NCBI RefSeq assembly: GCF_031769215.1
Contig: NW_026781896.1
Location: 1,240,001-1,304,000 of the forward strand
Source: Ylistrum balloti
Lineage: Eukaryota
Direction: 5' to 3'
DNA: 64,000 nucleotides
Below are positions 1-13,219 of this stretch, in pieces (positions within the stretch are counted from its first letter, which is position 1; every line of letters starts with the position of its first letter). Position numbers and translations under genes: made by a program. The notes below the pieces were generated by a model. The model was not told the origin of the DNA. It saw nothing but the letters and a program-made list of their open reading frames with translations, and did no database searches.

Positions 1-262
1 TCAATATCAATCAATGAAATGCTCATCTTGTATCGTGAACGGTGCCATTTTCTTGTCACAAGATAAAAGTATTCTTATGTGGATAATACATGTCAGTATG
101 TGTTATAACCCTGTAATTATTACTGATGTCTTATCAGATAACTGACAGGAGGAGATGGTACAGACTGTGGCAACATGGGAGTGAAAAGATCATGTCACAC
201 CAAGAACATGTTTTGTGTACTAGGAACATGGGACCACTCAAACAAAACCAGACAACACCAAC

Positions 263-1020
263 AGATTATTTAGTCTAGGTACATGTGACCTAGTATGAAC
301 TACAGGAAGTCATGTGATGTTGTGCCATGAGGAACATTTCAGATTCTTTAGTCTAGGTACATGTGACCTTGTATGAACTACAGGAAGTCATGTGATGTTG
401 TGCCATGAAGAACATTTTCAGATTCTTTAGTCTAGGTACATGTGACCTTGTATGAACTACAGGAAGTCATGTGATGTTGTGCCATGAGGAACATTTCAGA
501 TTCTTTAGTCTAGGTACATGTGACCTTGTATGAACTACAGGAAGTCATGTGATGTTGTGCCATGAGGAACATTTCAGATTCTTTAGTCTAGGTACATGTG
601 ACCTTGTATGAACTACAGGAAGTCATGTGATGTTGTGCCATGAAGAACATTTCAGATTCTTTAGTCTAGGTACATGTGACCTTGTATGAACTACAGGAAG
701 TCATGTGATGTTGTGCCATGGCGAACATTTCAGATTCTTTAGTCTAGGTACATGTGACCTAGTATGAACTACAGGAAGTCATGTGATGTTGTGTCATGAA
801 GAACATTTTCAGATTCTTTAGTCTAGGTACATGTGACCTAGTATGAACTACAGGAAGTCATGTGATGTTGTGCCATGGCGAACATTTCAGATTCTTTAGT
901 CTAGGTACATGTGACCTAGTATGAACTACAGGAAGTCATGTGATGTTGTGCCATGAGGAACATTTCAGATTCTTTAGTCTAGGTACATGTGACCTAGTAT
1001 GAACTACAGGAAGTCATGCA
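263..1020. repeat. Tandem array, 78-79-bp unit, about 9.6 copies
   Basis: Unit GATTCTTTAGTCTAGGTACATGTGACCTTGTATGAACTACAGGAAGTCATGTGATGTTGTGCCATGAGGAACATTTCA, near-identical copies. Confidence 0.97.
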
Positions 1021-4000
1021 ACATTAGAGAAAATAGGTTTATATTGAATAGACTTAACCCGATTCTTGACTTTACAATAAAGGATGATCAGCAATTTAAT
1101 AACCACAGGTTGAGAGTGACATAACGTTCAATAATAAAATAGACTTAAGATCTTCAAGGTCACACAAGTTCAATTTTTATTGTTGTAACATAGAAATCAT
1201 CATGTTACCAAAATAAGATATTACACGTATAAATGGAGATGTGTTTAAAATCAAACTTCCTTAGACATACAATGTTAATAATTCTAACCCTATTTGAATT
1301 ATTTCCATTGGAAAGACAACAAATTATATTCAAAAATGTATATTCCCATATAAGCTGTCATAAATTTTACTATTCTCTCCATGTATGATACTGGAACAAT
1401 GCTATCCATAACATGTGATTTCCATAGAGTATAAAGTCATTCTGTTCACCCATGACCTACAGGTGTCACCAATACAGGACCATCAATGGGAGCCTCGCTG
1501 TCTCATACATGGATAAGACTTGAGCGAACCTTGTCATAGGTAAATATAGGTGATCTCAGTTTCACCTATATAACTGAGTTTTAAGCTAAAAAACACGTAC
1601 ATTAGACTTATTTTTTATATCAAGATAATATCAAATTTCCTAAAATACGTCCATTTATACATTATCCATTCTATTTATAGGCATGTAAAATACTGGCACA
1701 TTCTGCCTTTATATCCCTGCATTTCAACGTGTGGTCCAAAACTCACCCATGACGCCATACATTATATTTATACTTGATAATATAAAAACCGATGTAATGG
1801 TAATCCGTTAATCATTTCTTAATTATTCAACTTGATGATGTATGTTTATGAACTACAATGTTATATATGTCAATTGACTTATGTATCGTCGTGAACTAAT
1901 ATTACAACTTAAGTATTCACATATCGTGTACCTGTATGTAAACCACAATGCACAGGTAAGGTTAGGGTCACTATTATATAGATAGACTGGTGAAATCTAT
2001 CACAGAGTGATAAGATATAGATACATGGTCCGTCCGACTTAACAATTCTCATATGTGTGACTCACCACAACCCGTAGTTTGTGCTTGTTTTTTTTTAGTG
2101 TCATATGGTACCTTTGTAATGTAGCTACTTGTGGCTAATCTGTCCATCCTAAGACTAAATCATAAACAGATGAGAATTCCATCTCGGTAATTAATTGAAT
2201 AATATACATTACTTATAAAACAATAAAAACAAATTTGATTATGTAGAACTATAAAAATGTGTATGTGTGACTGCAACACCTCCCCAGGGGGAATGCAAGA
2301 CCCTGGGGTCATGAAAAACTCACAGCCTTGGTAAAGCACCTTAAGAAACTTCTGTGAAAGAAGAGACTATTTAATTCTACAATTCCTGGTCTTGGCCCTG
2401 CCCATCAAAACTCTGCAGGCAAATTACTGTTATGGTAAACTTTGATCATGGAAGATTTCTACAAAATTTAATTCTATTTACTTCAGTGGTTTTTGAGATT
2501 AAGTCAAAAAATGACAAATGTTTGCTAGATGGATGACGCACAAAATGTAGTCTAAAACATCCTAATGTTTGTGCATCGTAGGCCATAAAAAGTTATAAGT
2601 AACATTGGCTGTAAATCTCATTCTACATATTGCTTACAACCATAAAATAAACATTTCTTTAAGTCCATAGACTGCTAGCATAATCTGTATCTTAAAACTC
2701 TTGTCTGACAGGAAATTAGGTTACTGAATTCAAAGAAATTTTCTCTACACAGATTCTGCACCTCTTCCATCCTATTAGTGCCAATCACATAGAACAGCTA
2801 AGGGCATTTGAACAATGAAACTACCTTCGACCACTGACAGCAGTGATCACAAGGGTCCGTGTAACTGGTCATTGTTAGACAGAATTTCACATGGAGGCCT
2901 CTCTTCATCCATAAAATGAACGATTCATGTTTTCTATACAAGGAATCAGAAGTTGTTAGAATGTAACAAGAAATGTTTCATTTGGGAATACTTTCTGTTG
3001 ATATGAGTTTTAAATGTCTGCTGATTATTTAAAACCCAGTGGCAGTTTTAACCTCAATTTGACCTTGATACAACTGTGACTTTGAAGTGACCTTCAAATA
3101 ACATATATAGTTTTATGAGAGGCCTGCAGATATTTTAGCCATTAAATATCATCTTAAGATGTCTGGCATTGTGTGTGACTGTCAGTTTTTTGCAACTGTA
3201 ACCTTTACAGATTTAGTCCTTTTGTGACTTTGATACAATTGTTGTTATGATATGACCTTCATAAAGTAAGTTAAAAGACCTGGATGTGATGGTTCAGTAT
3301 ACATGTATCCAGTATATTCAAAATAAGTTGAGGTACGTAATTACAAATTAAGCTTTTTGGCATTTTAATGATAAATAACAAAATATGAAGGAATTCTAAA
3401 TCGTAGGTACTATTCTATCTCTGTCATGTTGCCTTGAAAGTAAGGCTAGGTCATTCCTGTTGATAAATAAACCTGCAACATTTAACTATCGGTTTAGCCT
3501 GGTATTGTGAAGCATGGGGTCAAATTACCATAATGGTGAAATGGACTGTGGTTCACTTTACCATGAACTTCACTTAACCATACTACACCGGTACAATAAT
3601 TTACCAAAAGAAGGTTCCAGAACATAAAAGTCCAAAATTGAACAATTCAACAATGAAAACTTTCAAAATAGCTGTGAAGCTCAAAATTGTGCAGACTATA
3701 CTATAAAAAATTACTTTTTCTATATCTATTTATTTTCCATTTTCACTTTTTGGTGTTAAATGGTGCCTAGACAGTTTTTACTCTCACTAGATCCTGTAAC
3801 ACGAAACATTTCATTACTTACAGGAAATTTCTTATCATCCTTATTTCCTGATGGCACTCAAACAAATTCAGTATTAGCTAATCTAGTCTACTCATTCACT
3901 CATCATGGAGGCAGTATTCAGGAAGAATATGAGATACTTAAACTGACTTCATCCCTATTTTACCTCTCTAAACAAGCTATTGAAGACAATACAAATACCT

Positions 4001-6092
4001 TCATGCCCCAAAGTTGTGGAAAATGCCAAGTGAAAATGGAAATGTAGAGTTATTTATTTGGTTTCCTGAGCCAGTCTGTCATGTGTAATGAATATTGAAT
4101 GTCTGTTACCTTTTATCTTAAACAAGAATATTGAAAAGTTAATTTTAAAATTCTGGCAATTTCAAATTAAAGTGACAAATATTTGGAGTAGCAGTGACCT
4201 AGTTTTTTACAGCTGAATGTTTAAAAGCAAACTCTTACAAAATACTTATGAACATGTAGGTGAAGTATTGTGACAATAGGAAAATAAAAAGCAACCTGTA
4301 TAATGTGCTGACCTCAAAAATTCTGTCAATTTCATGTCGAAACAATGACCTAGTTTTTGACAGAAGGTTGAAATACAGACTTATCAAGATGTACTGTTTG
4401 TGAACACACATGTGAAGTATTGTGACAATCAGATAAGAAATGTATCCTGTTGAGAGGTGACATCCCTTGGGACAAAAGCAAACAACCATACACACACACA
4501 GTTAGATCCCTATATACCCTTGACAACTTCTTTTAAAAAATGTAGATCAAAAGATGTCTTGGGAAGAAATCACACATGGTTCTTCAATAATTATGTATAC
4601 AAGCCAGGAAGAGGAAAAAAGTTACCTGTATCAGTTGGATTCTTTAATATTTTCTGATTTTTTTCATTCTGATAATCGGATTAACTACAATTACAACTAT
4701 AATTACGATCATGAAGCACTTTTGTGACAGATATATATGTGATTAGCCTATTTAAACAGAAGTTTAGCAATGAACTTTTAACCTCTGATAAATGTTTGTA
4801 ATTGACTGCTGTCTCACTCTGTTTTGAGGTAGAGTGCAAGTGCACAGCAATGCATAGATAGGTAGAGTGCAAGTGCACAGCAATGCAAAGATATAAATTA
4901 CTTCCAGCATCCACATATAAAAATAGCTAAAAAAAAAAAAAAAAATACAATGGCTATAATCTTTCACTCAGCAACATTTCATCGAGATCAATGAAGAACA
5001 ATAGATCATATTTTAACTAGATATGTCATTATGACAAGAATGCACCCACAGGGACAAAATTCAAGGGGCATAATTCTATTAAATATCATCTAACCCAACC
5101 AACATGACATGCATATTTCCGTAATACATGTATATACCAATTTCAATTCAAAATGTCTGAATGAGATAATGTGCAGAAGCTGATAATTGCTTGAAATTTT
5201 TGAAGTACAAGGGACATAACTCTTTCAAAGTGAATTCAATCTGTAATGAATAATCTTGAAACTTTTAAAAATCAAAACTTAATGCAGATTTTTATTAGTG
5301 ACATTAAAAAGAATAGATTTGATTATAAAAACCTTTTAGAAGTTAATGCACTGAAACCTTACTTTTATGGATTGCAATGAGAAACTTAATTAATTTTATC
5401 AGCGTACGCAACAAAAATATTATCTATTTTTATTGAGGCATTCTAAAGTTATGGTGCGGAAAGTCATGAAAGGGACATAACTCTGACAGATATTGCCAGT
5501 AAAAATCAAACTTGCCCAAATCTAAACCAAAAATGTTAAATCCAAATTTCATTTCAAACAGCATTATCACATCTAATAATGACATCCAGTAACATAGATC
5601 CAGACAGAGATTCTGTCAATGAAGTAGAAGACGCATACCTTTTGAAACAGCTGATCTTATTCTCTTCATACTTTTTCAAGGGTGTCCGTGTTAATCTTTT
5701 TTGTTCATTTGATTACATCCTGTAAGTGGCTTAGAATCAACCTTAACATGATCAACAGAGCAGTAGTCCATTTCTTTACTTTGCCTTTATTTCATGAACT
5801 TCAAGTTTGAATTATAATTTTGTATATACATTTTGATATTTCTGTGTTGCTTTTTCAGTCTATCACTATTGATCTTACAACAAATTTATGACTATAACAT
5901 ATTATTTCCTATTCCCTGCCATGTACACTATTACTTGTAGGTAAAATTTCAAATCTATAACAAACTTCATCATAACTTTCTAGGTCTGTCCAACACTACA
6001 TTCTAATCATATAACATAGTGGCCCTTGGGCGGTCGTCACACCTGTCCTGATGCTAGCCTTCTGACACTGTAGTCTGACGTATACATATACA

Positions 6093-6245
6093 TAGAGAAT
6101 ACATGGTCAGTATCTTAAAATATATGCTGTATTTTGGCGAGAGTGAAGAAAGAAAAAGAGACTAGCCTCTGGTGGGCCACTTTTGTCTTTCTGTCCCGAG
6201 CCAAAATACGGCTTATATTTTAAGACACTGACCATGTATTCTGTT
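6093..6245. mobile_element. Fold-back MITE with long TIRs
   Basis: AGAATACATGGTCAGTATCTTAAAATATATGCTGTATTTTGGC (from 6096) pairs with GCCAAAATACGGCTTATATTTTAAGACACTGACCATGTATTCT (to 6242) at 40 of 43 positions. There is a TA on the left flank. Confidence 0.8.
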
Positions 6246-6729
6246 TATCATGCAATATTGATTGGCCAAAACTTTTGTTTACCTGGTATTAAAAGTCAAA
6301 AAAATGGCTCACATAGAAATGAAGTTCCAAACTTCAACAGATATGACAGCGATTTTATGAATTTTCGTAAATAAACATATTCATTACAACATACCAGATC
6401 ACTTATTTCAACAGTTATTTATATCATCAAATGTAATTTTAAAGTCAATTCAGAAAGAAATTCTGTTAAATTACCAAACATGCTAAAATACAGCTGTTAC
6501 TGCTGAATAAAGCAAAAATTTATGTGGTGTGTTTCAACAACAGCACTGCAAGCTGCTGGATGAATCAGTATTGATACTGATGACCAGGTAAGCATCTAAC
6601 ACAGATAAGCTGTACAAATAAAGTTGTTATATCACCTGGTCCTCTATTATTCTTAGAGTTTTGAGTTACTAAACTGTTTTAATCAATAAAAAAAACTTTA
6701 TGATGTCATCGTTCCAGAAATTACAGTCC

Positions 6730-8600
6730 TCTCCATTTCATAAGAGAAAGGCTTTAATGCTGGAGACAAAATATCAAATTCTTGGTGAAGTTGACAATGG
6801 AACTCTAGCTAAGGAAGGCCAATTTTGAAATTCCAGCTACAACACTTTTAAAAAATTCCACTGAAATCTTGTAAAAATACTTTGCTGTGAATTCATCGCA
6901 GAGCAGGATATATATCACTGAAGTGCTACTCATGTTGAAAATGCTAATTACAATTAAAGGTTTGTGGTAAAAACAAGGAATTGGCACATTCCTTTTTTTG
7001 GGTCTTTCTTGTTTGCAAAATCTGATGAATTTGAAAAACAACTTGGAGACCATTATTTCAAAGCTAACACTGACTGGTTGGAATGTTTTGTAAACATATC
7101 TATCCTTTACTATATCAATGTTTGTGATCTGTTTGTGGGTAAAGCGCTGTTAAAAGTCCAGAAATAGAGGACAAGTAACAAACAAACCCCTGAAAATGGA
7201 TTAAACAATAAATCCAAAAATATATTCATAATACAAACAAAACTGGTCTTTTTTATCATCAGCTGACAAATAAAACATTACAACTAAAAGGAGAAAGTTA
7301 TCATGGCAGAAAAAATCCAAAGAATGGTTGACAGTTATATAGACTGGAAATATGGATAGATCTGACAAACTAAATCCTCTTGTAATAGGCAAGCTTCAAA
7401 ATCCAAGGTGTTCCAAGGTGTGAAATCCTTACCTGTTGTCCATAGGGAAAACAAGAAGTCTTGAATGACGTCAAACAATTTTTTAAGTTAGATTAGAATT
7501 CTCGATCATGAAATGACTGTCCTACCATCTGAGTGTAAAAAATTAACAGTTTATTTAAGGTAATTGTGTTAAGTATTTTAATGTCGATGATGTCAGAACA
7601 TTTTTGGAGACAGATGCCCAACAGGCCTATGCTATCTTGAATGACATGACAGTCCTGCTTTCCGTCAATATAATAGTGATAATGTTAGTAGTGATATTAT
7701 GAATAACAAAATAATTCAGTTTCATACAAATATGCATCTGTATCATGTGACTTTATTAAAAATACACTTGAACCCATAAGTGCTAGTGATAAAGCATTTC
7801 AGACTAATCATATTGGGAAATAAGGATGAAAAAAAGAAAGACTTTTTAGCAAAGCACAGTACTTGTAAAGATTGCAAGGCATTAGCAACATCAGTTGAAC
7901 ACCAAGTGTTATCTTTAATGAATATCATAATATCATATTTCAGTGCCATAACTGAAAACAAGATTATGGCATCAAATATTAATGGCAAACATATATGCTT
8001 TATAGTGCATAGAGAGATGATTCCCCTACATGCGTTGCAAAGAAAGCAGATTTTTCGAAAGATATAATATTTTATGGAGAAAATGAGTTACCCCCTGCCA
8101 GACTTGCAGATGACGAACATGGTAATTAATGAGAGAAACAATGATTTGGAACTGAGAGACAATGTGACAATGGCACATGTTGCTCATGTCGTTGCTGACA
8201 TTGTCAGTTCTGTAGAAATGTCTAGATTCTGACATTGCTGCTTCAATTGTTTAATATGGAAGATATCATGTAGAGACTGTCGGTGATGACGATTTCAGTG
8301 ACAACGAAAATGACACACTCTCCAGAGTATCACAAGAGAAAGAATAGAAAAAAAAAATCTATCATTTATTCATGAATGGCAAGGGGATACTCCAGTTTCT
8401 GCTTTAAACGCTTTGCACACTATTCAAAATGTTCTGTAAAATGAATTGGAAAATTTGTAAATTGGAATTAAACAAAAGCAAACATCTCTAAATCGTGTTT
8501 AATGGTGTTTATTTGGAAATGCCTGTATTAATACGTATCAACGAATACGTTGGTCTTTTGGTGAATCGTATTGGCGTTTCTTATAACGAATTACGCTTGA
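6730..8600 (+). mobile_element. Decayed pogo/Tigger (CENP-B/DDE_1) transposase relic
   Basis: About 6745-6840 reads KRKALMLETKYQILGEVDNG...FEIPATTL (HTH-psq-like). About 7360-7520 reads DKLNPLVIGKLQNPRCSKGVKSLPV..RENKKS*MTS (Tigger KLxPLVIGKSxxPRCFKGVKSLPVxYxxNKKAWMT), with stops and frameshifts. Ends are approximate. Confidence 0.8.
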
Positions 8601-10172
8601 TTTTTTCCAAAAATTGTTATACATGTAGATATCTAAATAACTAGGCTTATGTAACCAACTTAATTTTTTCTTGTTTGCTAAAAATTACTTATAAACATGT
8701 TTACTGTATCATAAAACACCAAGCTGTTGTCCAGTTGATTTAAGATTTAAGTACCTATGCTAGATCTTAAACATGAAATATTACTCCAGAATTCTGTTGT
8801 TAATTTAAGGTATTCCATAACAAAGCCAATTAAAGATGTCAATTATCAATAGACAAAAAGCGTGTCCCTAGTGACACGAGATATAACACCCTTGTGACAG
8901 TGACATTTAATTATGTAGCATCACTTTACCCAGATGTCTGCACTCCAGGCAAAAGAATCCCACACTCAAGTGTGATGGATTTTCTGGACCAACCACCAGT
9001 CTCATCCCTATTGATAATGTTATTTGTAAACTACATATATGGTGTATACAATCAGCTTAAAAAACACTGGAATCGTTCATACATTTAATTACATCCTGTA
9101 AGTGTCTTAGTCCCTGCTTTAAGTAATGAACAGGGCATTAGGGTCTTGTGGAAGATGGGACTTTGATAATGGAAGTGCCCTAATGATTAAAATCATGAAG
9201 CAAGACGTCTTAATTAACACGATATATCTCTCCATACACCATCCAATGATTGTCCACGCTGAGTGGACAGCTTTTGTTAAGTACAGAATATTGATAGGAC
9301 AACTTCATCACACCAGATTGATCAAAACAAGCAGCAGAAAAGCATAACAATAAAGGCTGTGTTCGAGTGGTTACCAACACATCCTATTTCTTCAACTGAA
9401 GTAATACACCAAAGTGGAATGGAAATTACTTTTTGTTGGAGAATAATTGTTGAAAATGACCTTGACATAAACGATTACTCACTCCTGCAATAAAATCTTA
9501 ACAGAATCATTAAATACACTATAGATTTTCACGTCATTAAATCTTAAGGGCACATAAATGATTCTTGCATTTATATAGATAATAGTTTTTTCTGATACAA
9601 AAAAAAAACCAGTATTAGTCTTTTCAAAGTTAAACAATAACATGACCTTTAGAACTATGTCTGTATGTATATGTATGTCACAGCTTGTTTCACCTATAAT
9701 GATTAAATATTTGGCATTCAGAAAGTGATTAGAGCACAAATATTTTCAAAATCCCCCACATGTTGCATCTTCCAATTCAAATATAGAAAAAAAAGTATTC
9801 TTTTAATATCAAATGCCATCTGAGGAAGGTGGCAAAAAAACAAAAGTCGGCAGTTGGAATCTGAACACTAATGACAAACTGATCATGTGATATCTTAAAC
9901 AGAAAACTCCAAAGATTCAGAGAGTACTCTGAGACCAGTAAAACTAGTGATCTGATAAGAAATTCAACCCTCCTTGTAGAAATGATCAAGAAGTAGAGAC
10001 TTCATGACTACCAGCCTGCATTTGTCATATCTTACATACAATAAGAATATCTCTTTATAAAGTGATACACCAATAAAACAGAAGAAATCTTGGGAATACA
10101 TGATAATAGTCAAATCGTATTGCACTGAATAAAAATATGGAAATGGAAAAAAAACTGTCTGATCAGAAAAGA

Positions 10173-10345
10173 GTGGCCAGGTGGCACAGTGGTAACACAC
10201 TTTCCTTACACCTAGGTTACGAAGGTTCCATTCCCCAAAGAGATGCAAAAAGGTATGAAGACACCTACTGGACCACAGGGTTTTTCCAGGCTTTACTCCA
10301 GTTTCTTCCCCAAGCAGTAAGAATCCTCATACACTTCTATAAGGC
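10173..10345 (+). mobile_element. Degenerate tRNA-derived SINE
   Basis: GGTGGCACAGTGGTAA (A box) and GGTTCCATTCCCC (B-box-like), followed by GGGTTTTTCCAGGCTTTACTCCAGTTTCTTCCCC, which resembles the conserved GGTTTTCTCCGGGTACTCCGGTTTCCTCCC SINE domain. Confidence 0.6.
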
Positions 10346-10728
10346 CAACAAGAATGATCAATATGAGCTATTGTCTGTTCCGCAATGTTGTAAAGTAGAT
10401 AAAAATTATAGTTCAATCAAAATTCTACAGAGAAAGCACAATGTTTTATGTTATTACAAATTGTATAATAATCCCATCAAATACGCTGAAATTGGGGATT
10501 TCAAGGCAAGCTCAAAAGGCAAAAGAACAATAGGCAGCTGTCATTATTGGAAAAATTTGCCAAATAAAAAAATCCATTGAGGATTCCACTGGGGAAAACG
10601 GTTCTATATTCTAATTTAAAGGGAATCAGTCAAATCCTGAGGGAAGAAATCTCTGGATATGATTTAAGTGATGAAAAAAGCAAAGGCATTATTGATAAGT
10701 GTTCATTTATCGTTGAATCAAAGTTCAA

Positions 10729-10762
<34 letters not shown>

Positions 10763-10973
10763 TTTTTTGCTTTTTGCTGTTTTTCAGTTTTCAAACTTCA
10801 TGTCAGATTATTTAGTGCTAAACAGATTGAGATCTTCTGACAGACAACACTGACATAATGGGGAAAAACAAAAGGCAATAACTCTTCAAAAATGTTGATT
10901 TAAAAATTGTCGTTCAGGAATACACTAGTCCATTTTATGCTGATAAAACCAAATATGTTTAAAAACGTTCATG

Positions 10974-12097
10974 AACAAGAAGCCCAGAGGGCCTGTATCA
11001 CTCACCTGGATCTTTATGACCAACAGGACTATATCTGTAGTAGATGCTTAAAGCAATATGACTATTTTTTCACACACAATGTGGGCACCATTAAGGGAAC
11101 CTTTTGGCCAAATATTATGATCCTAGGCCTTTAGGTTAATCAGAAGTTGTTCAAAGGTTTAACACATTTGACTGTTGTGACCTTGAATATGGGTCAAGGT
11201 AATTTCTGTTCTTAAATATTACTGGGCATCATTGAGAACCTATTTTAGAATAATATCACTATCCTAGATGTTTTGGATAATCAGAAAATGCCATTTAAAA
11301 GTTTAACACATTTGACCCCTGTGGCCTTGACTATGGGTCAAGGTTATTTCTTTTTGCAAACTTTCTTGGACTTCATAAAAGGAACATACTGGCCAAATAT
11401 AATGATTCAAGGATTTTTGATATTTCAGAAGAAATTGTTTAAACGTTTTTTATTTGACCCCTGGGACCTTGAATATTGGTCAAGGTCATTTCATTAAGCA
11501 ACTTTGTAGGACACCATAAGAGGAACATAGTAGCTTAATATAATGATTCTAGGCCTTTGGGTATTTGGGGAGAAGTTGTTTACAGTTTTTAATAATTTGA
11601 CCTCTGTGACCTTAAATATGGGTCATGGTCATTTCTTTTCGCTAACTTTATTGGGCTTCATCAAAGGAACCTTCCACCAAAATATAATGATTCTAGGCCT
11701 TCCGGTATTTTGGAAGAAGTCATTTAAAGTTTTGAACACATTTGACCTCTGTGACCTTAAATATGGGTCAAGGTTATTTTTTTTTTTGCAAACTTTCTTG
11801 GGCTTCATCAAAGGAACCTTCCATCCATATATAATGATTCTAGGCCTCTTAGTATTTGGGAAGAAGTCGCTTAAAGTTTTCAATACATTTGACCTCTGTG
11901 ACCTTAAATATTGGTTCAGGTCATTTCTATTCACAAATTTTGTTGGGCTTTATCAAAGGAACCTTCCAGCCATATATAATGATTCTAGGCCTTCCGGTAT
12001 TTTGGAAGAAGTCGTTTAAATGAAAAGATGACGGGCGCAGGACAGACAGACGACAGACGATGACGGATGCCGCGCTATGGGCCAGGTGAGTTAAAAA
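10974..12097 (+). mobile_element. Non-autonomous Helentron-associated element (HINE/Pearl-like) with about 7 internal copies of a ~145-bp repeat
   Basis: 5' end AACAAGAAGCCCAGAGGGCCTGTATCACTCACCTGG. Subterminal IR CTCACCTGG (11001) / CCAGGTGAG (12082). The TTGAC..TGTGACCT cores are spaced 142-147 bp. A GACA/GACG microsatellite lies at 12026-12067, and the element ends TTAAAAA. Confidence 0.8.
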
Positions 12098-13080
12098 TCT
12101 ACACGAGGAAATTTCTGGAAAAAATAAAAATCCATGATGGATGAACAGATGAACAGACAATGCCATGTTTTAATTTACTCAAGGGATAAAGAAATGCAGG
12201 GTGACATTATTTGCAATATCTTGCAAGCGTGTTGTTCAAAAACCATGAAAACTGGTCAAACAACTCTCTAGGTTACAGTCTACGTGCACTGTATCAAATG
12301 TTGCATTATTGTATTGCATGACTATGTTTTCCGGGGAAAGCACAGAGCAGGAACATCTGCTCGTCATACCATTAGGTAGTCCTCATAGAGACACATCATT
12401 TCCGATATTTTGATTAATTTCTGATATCATTATACAGTTGGCACAGCTGATGGAAGTTGAGAGGGGTCAGGCCATACCAATTATTAGGTAGTTATAACTG
12501 TCCTATCCATGAAAAAACTGTACAGAAACCATTGCGGGAAGTTGGTCTGTGGGCACATCACCCATTTGTAGGTATTTCTGAGATGTATATTAACAGCAAA
12601 TTTTTTTTTAAAGAAAATGAGTGATTTTGTAAAATGATAACATTTCTTACAGTAAGCTGTAAACTGGACCCACATATGGACACTTGATCTTTGAAACCAT
12701 TAGGACTTAATTGCTTTTTGAAAATTTATTACTGAAACAACTTCTGGAAGATTTAGCCAGGAAGCAAGGCCAGGTTTCATACAATGTAGTCATGTGACAA
12801 AGCTCAAATTTCAATATCAATTATGGTATATAGATTAAAAGCCTACTTTCAGAAAATTCAGCAAAAAAACAAGCCACACCAGGCTTTTTAACAAAGCTAC
12901 ATTTACTATAGTCTGACAAGATGGCATTCATAACCTCTAGCCTGGAAAACAAATAGAAATATATTAGGGTAAGATGTAACCAAAGCTTGATCAATCCATC
13001 AGGACATTTCTCAGCACTGATTTGTAGGAAAACATGTGAATGTACAAACAAATTGTATTGAAAATTTTCTCACTCTTCAG

Positions 13081-13219
13081 TAATCTGTACACAGCCTGTA
13101 TATGGCTTGACACTTTCAGAGAGCCTTACTATCGACATGGCAATGGTAACAGAGTTGATGTATGGTGTTACGACGTTTATCTAACTGATGTTGAGAGCGA
13201 AATCCTCCTCAAGAAATAA
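13081..13219 (+). CDS. Candidate terminal coding exon of an unidentified plus-strand gene
   Basis: Strong acceptor ttttctcactcttcAG| at 13080. The phase-2 frame is open for 45 codons (NLYTACIWLDTFREPYYRHGNGNRVDVWCYDVYLTDVESEILLKK*) and the GC content is higher than the flanks. No family recognised. Confidence 0.33.

Noticed and set aside
263-1020. Regularly spaced repeats as a possible CRISPR array (also considered for 35.2, 41.8, 55.2, 57.9 and 62.3 kb)
   Set aside because: The whole unit repeats with no unique spacers, there are no cas genes, and the context is eukaryotic.
2826-2947. Minus-strand exon-like segment KHESFILWMKRGLHVKFCLTMTSYTDPCDHCCQWSK with a deaminase-like PCxxC
   Set aside because: It lacks the HxE motif, I found no compatible neighbouring exons, and the similarity is too short.
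3760-4047. 95-aa plus-strand ORF
   Set aside because: No recognisable domain, a GTG start, and no donor or partner exon. Unresolved, not called.
10173-10250. tRNA-like sequences (also near 17620-17686, 18610 and 20410)
   Set aside because: They do not fold as complete cloverleaves and they continue into SINE bodies.
10137-10580. 147-aa ORF
   Set aside because: It overlaps a degenerate SINE and AT-rich sequence, with no domain or splice support.
11543-12166. Repetitive ORFs on both strands
   Set aside because: They derive from the HINE ~145-bp core repeats.
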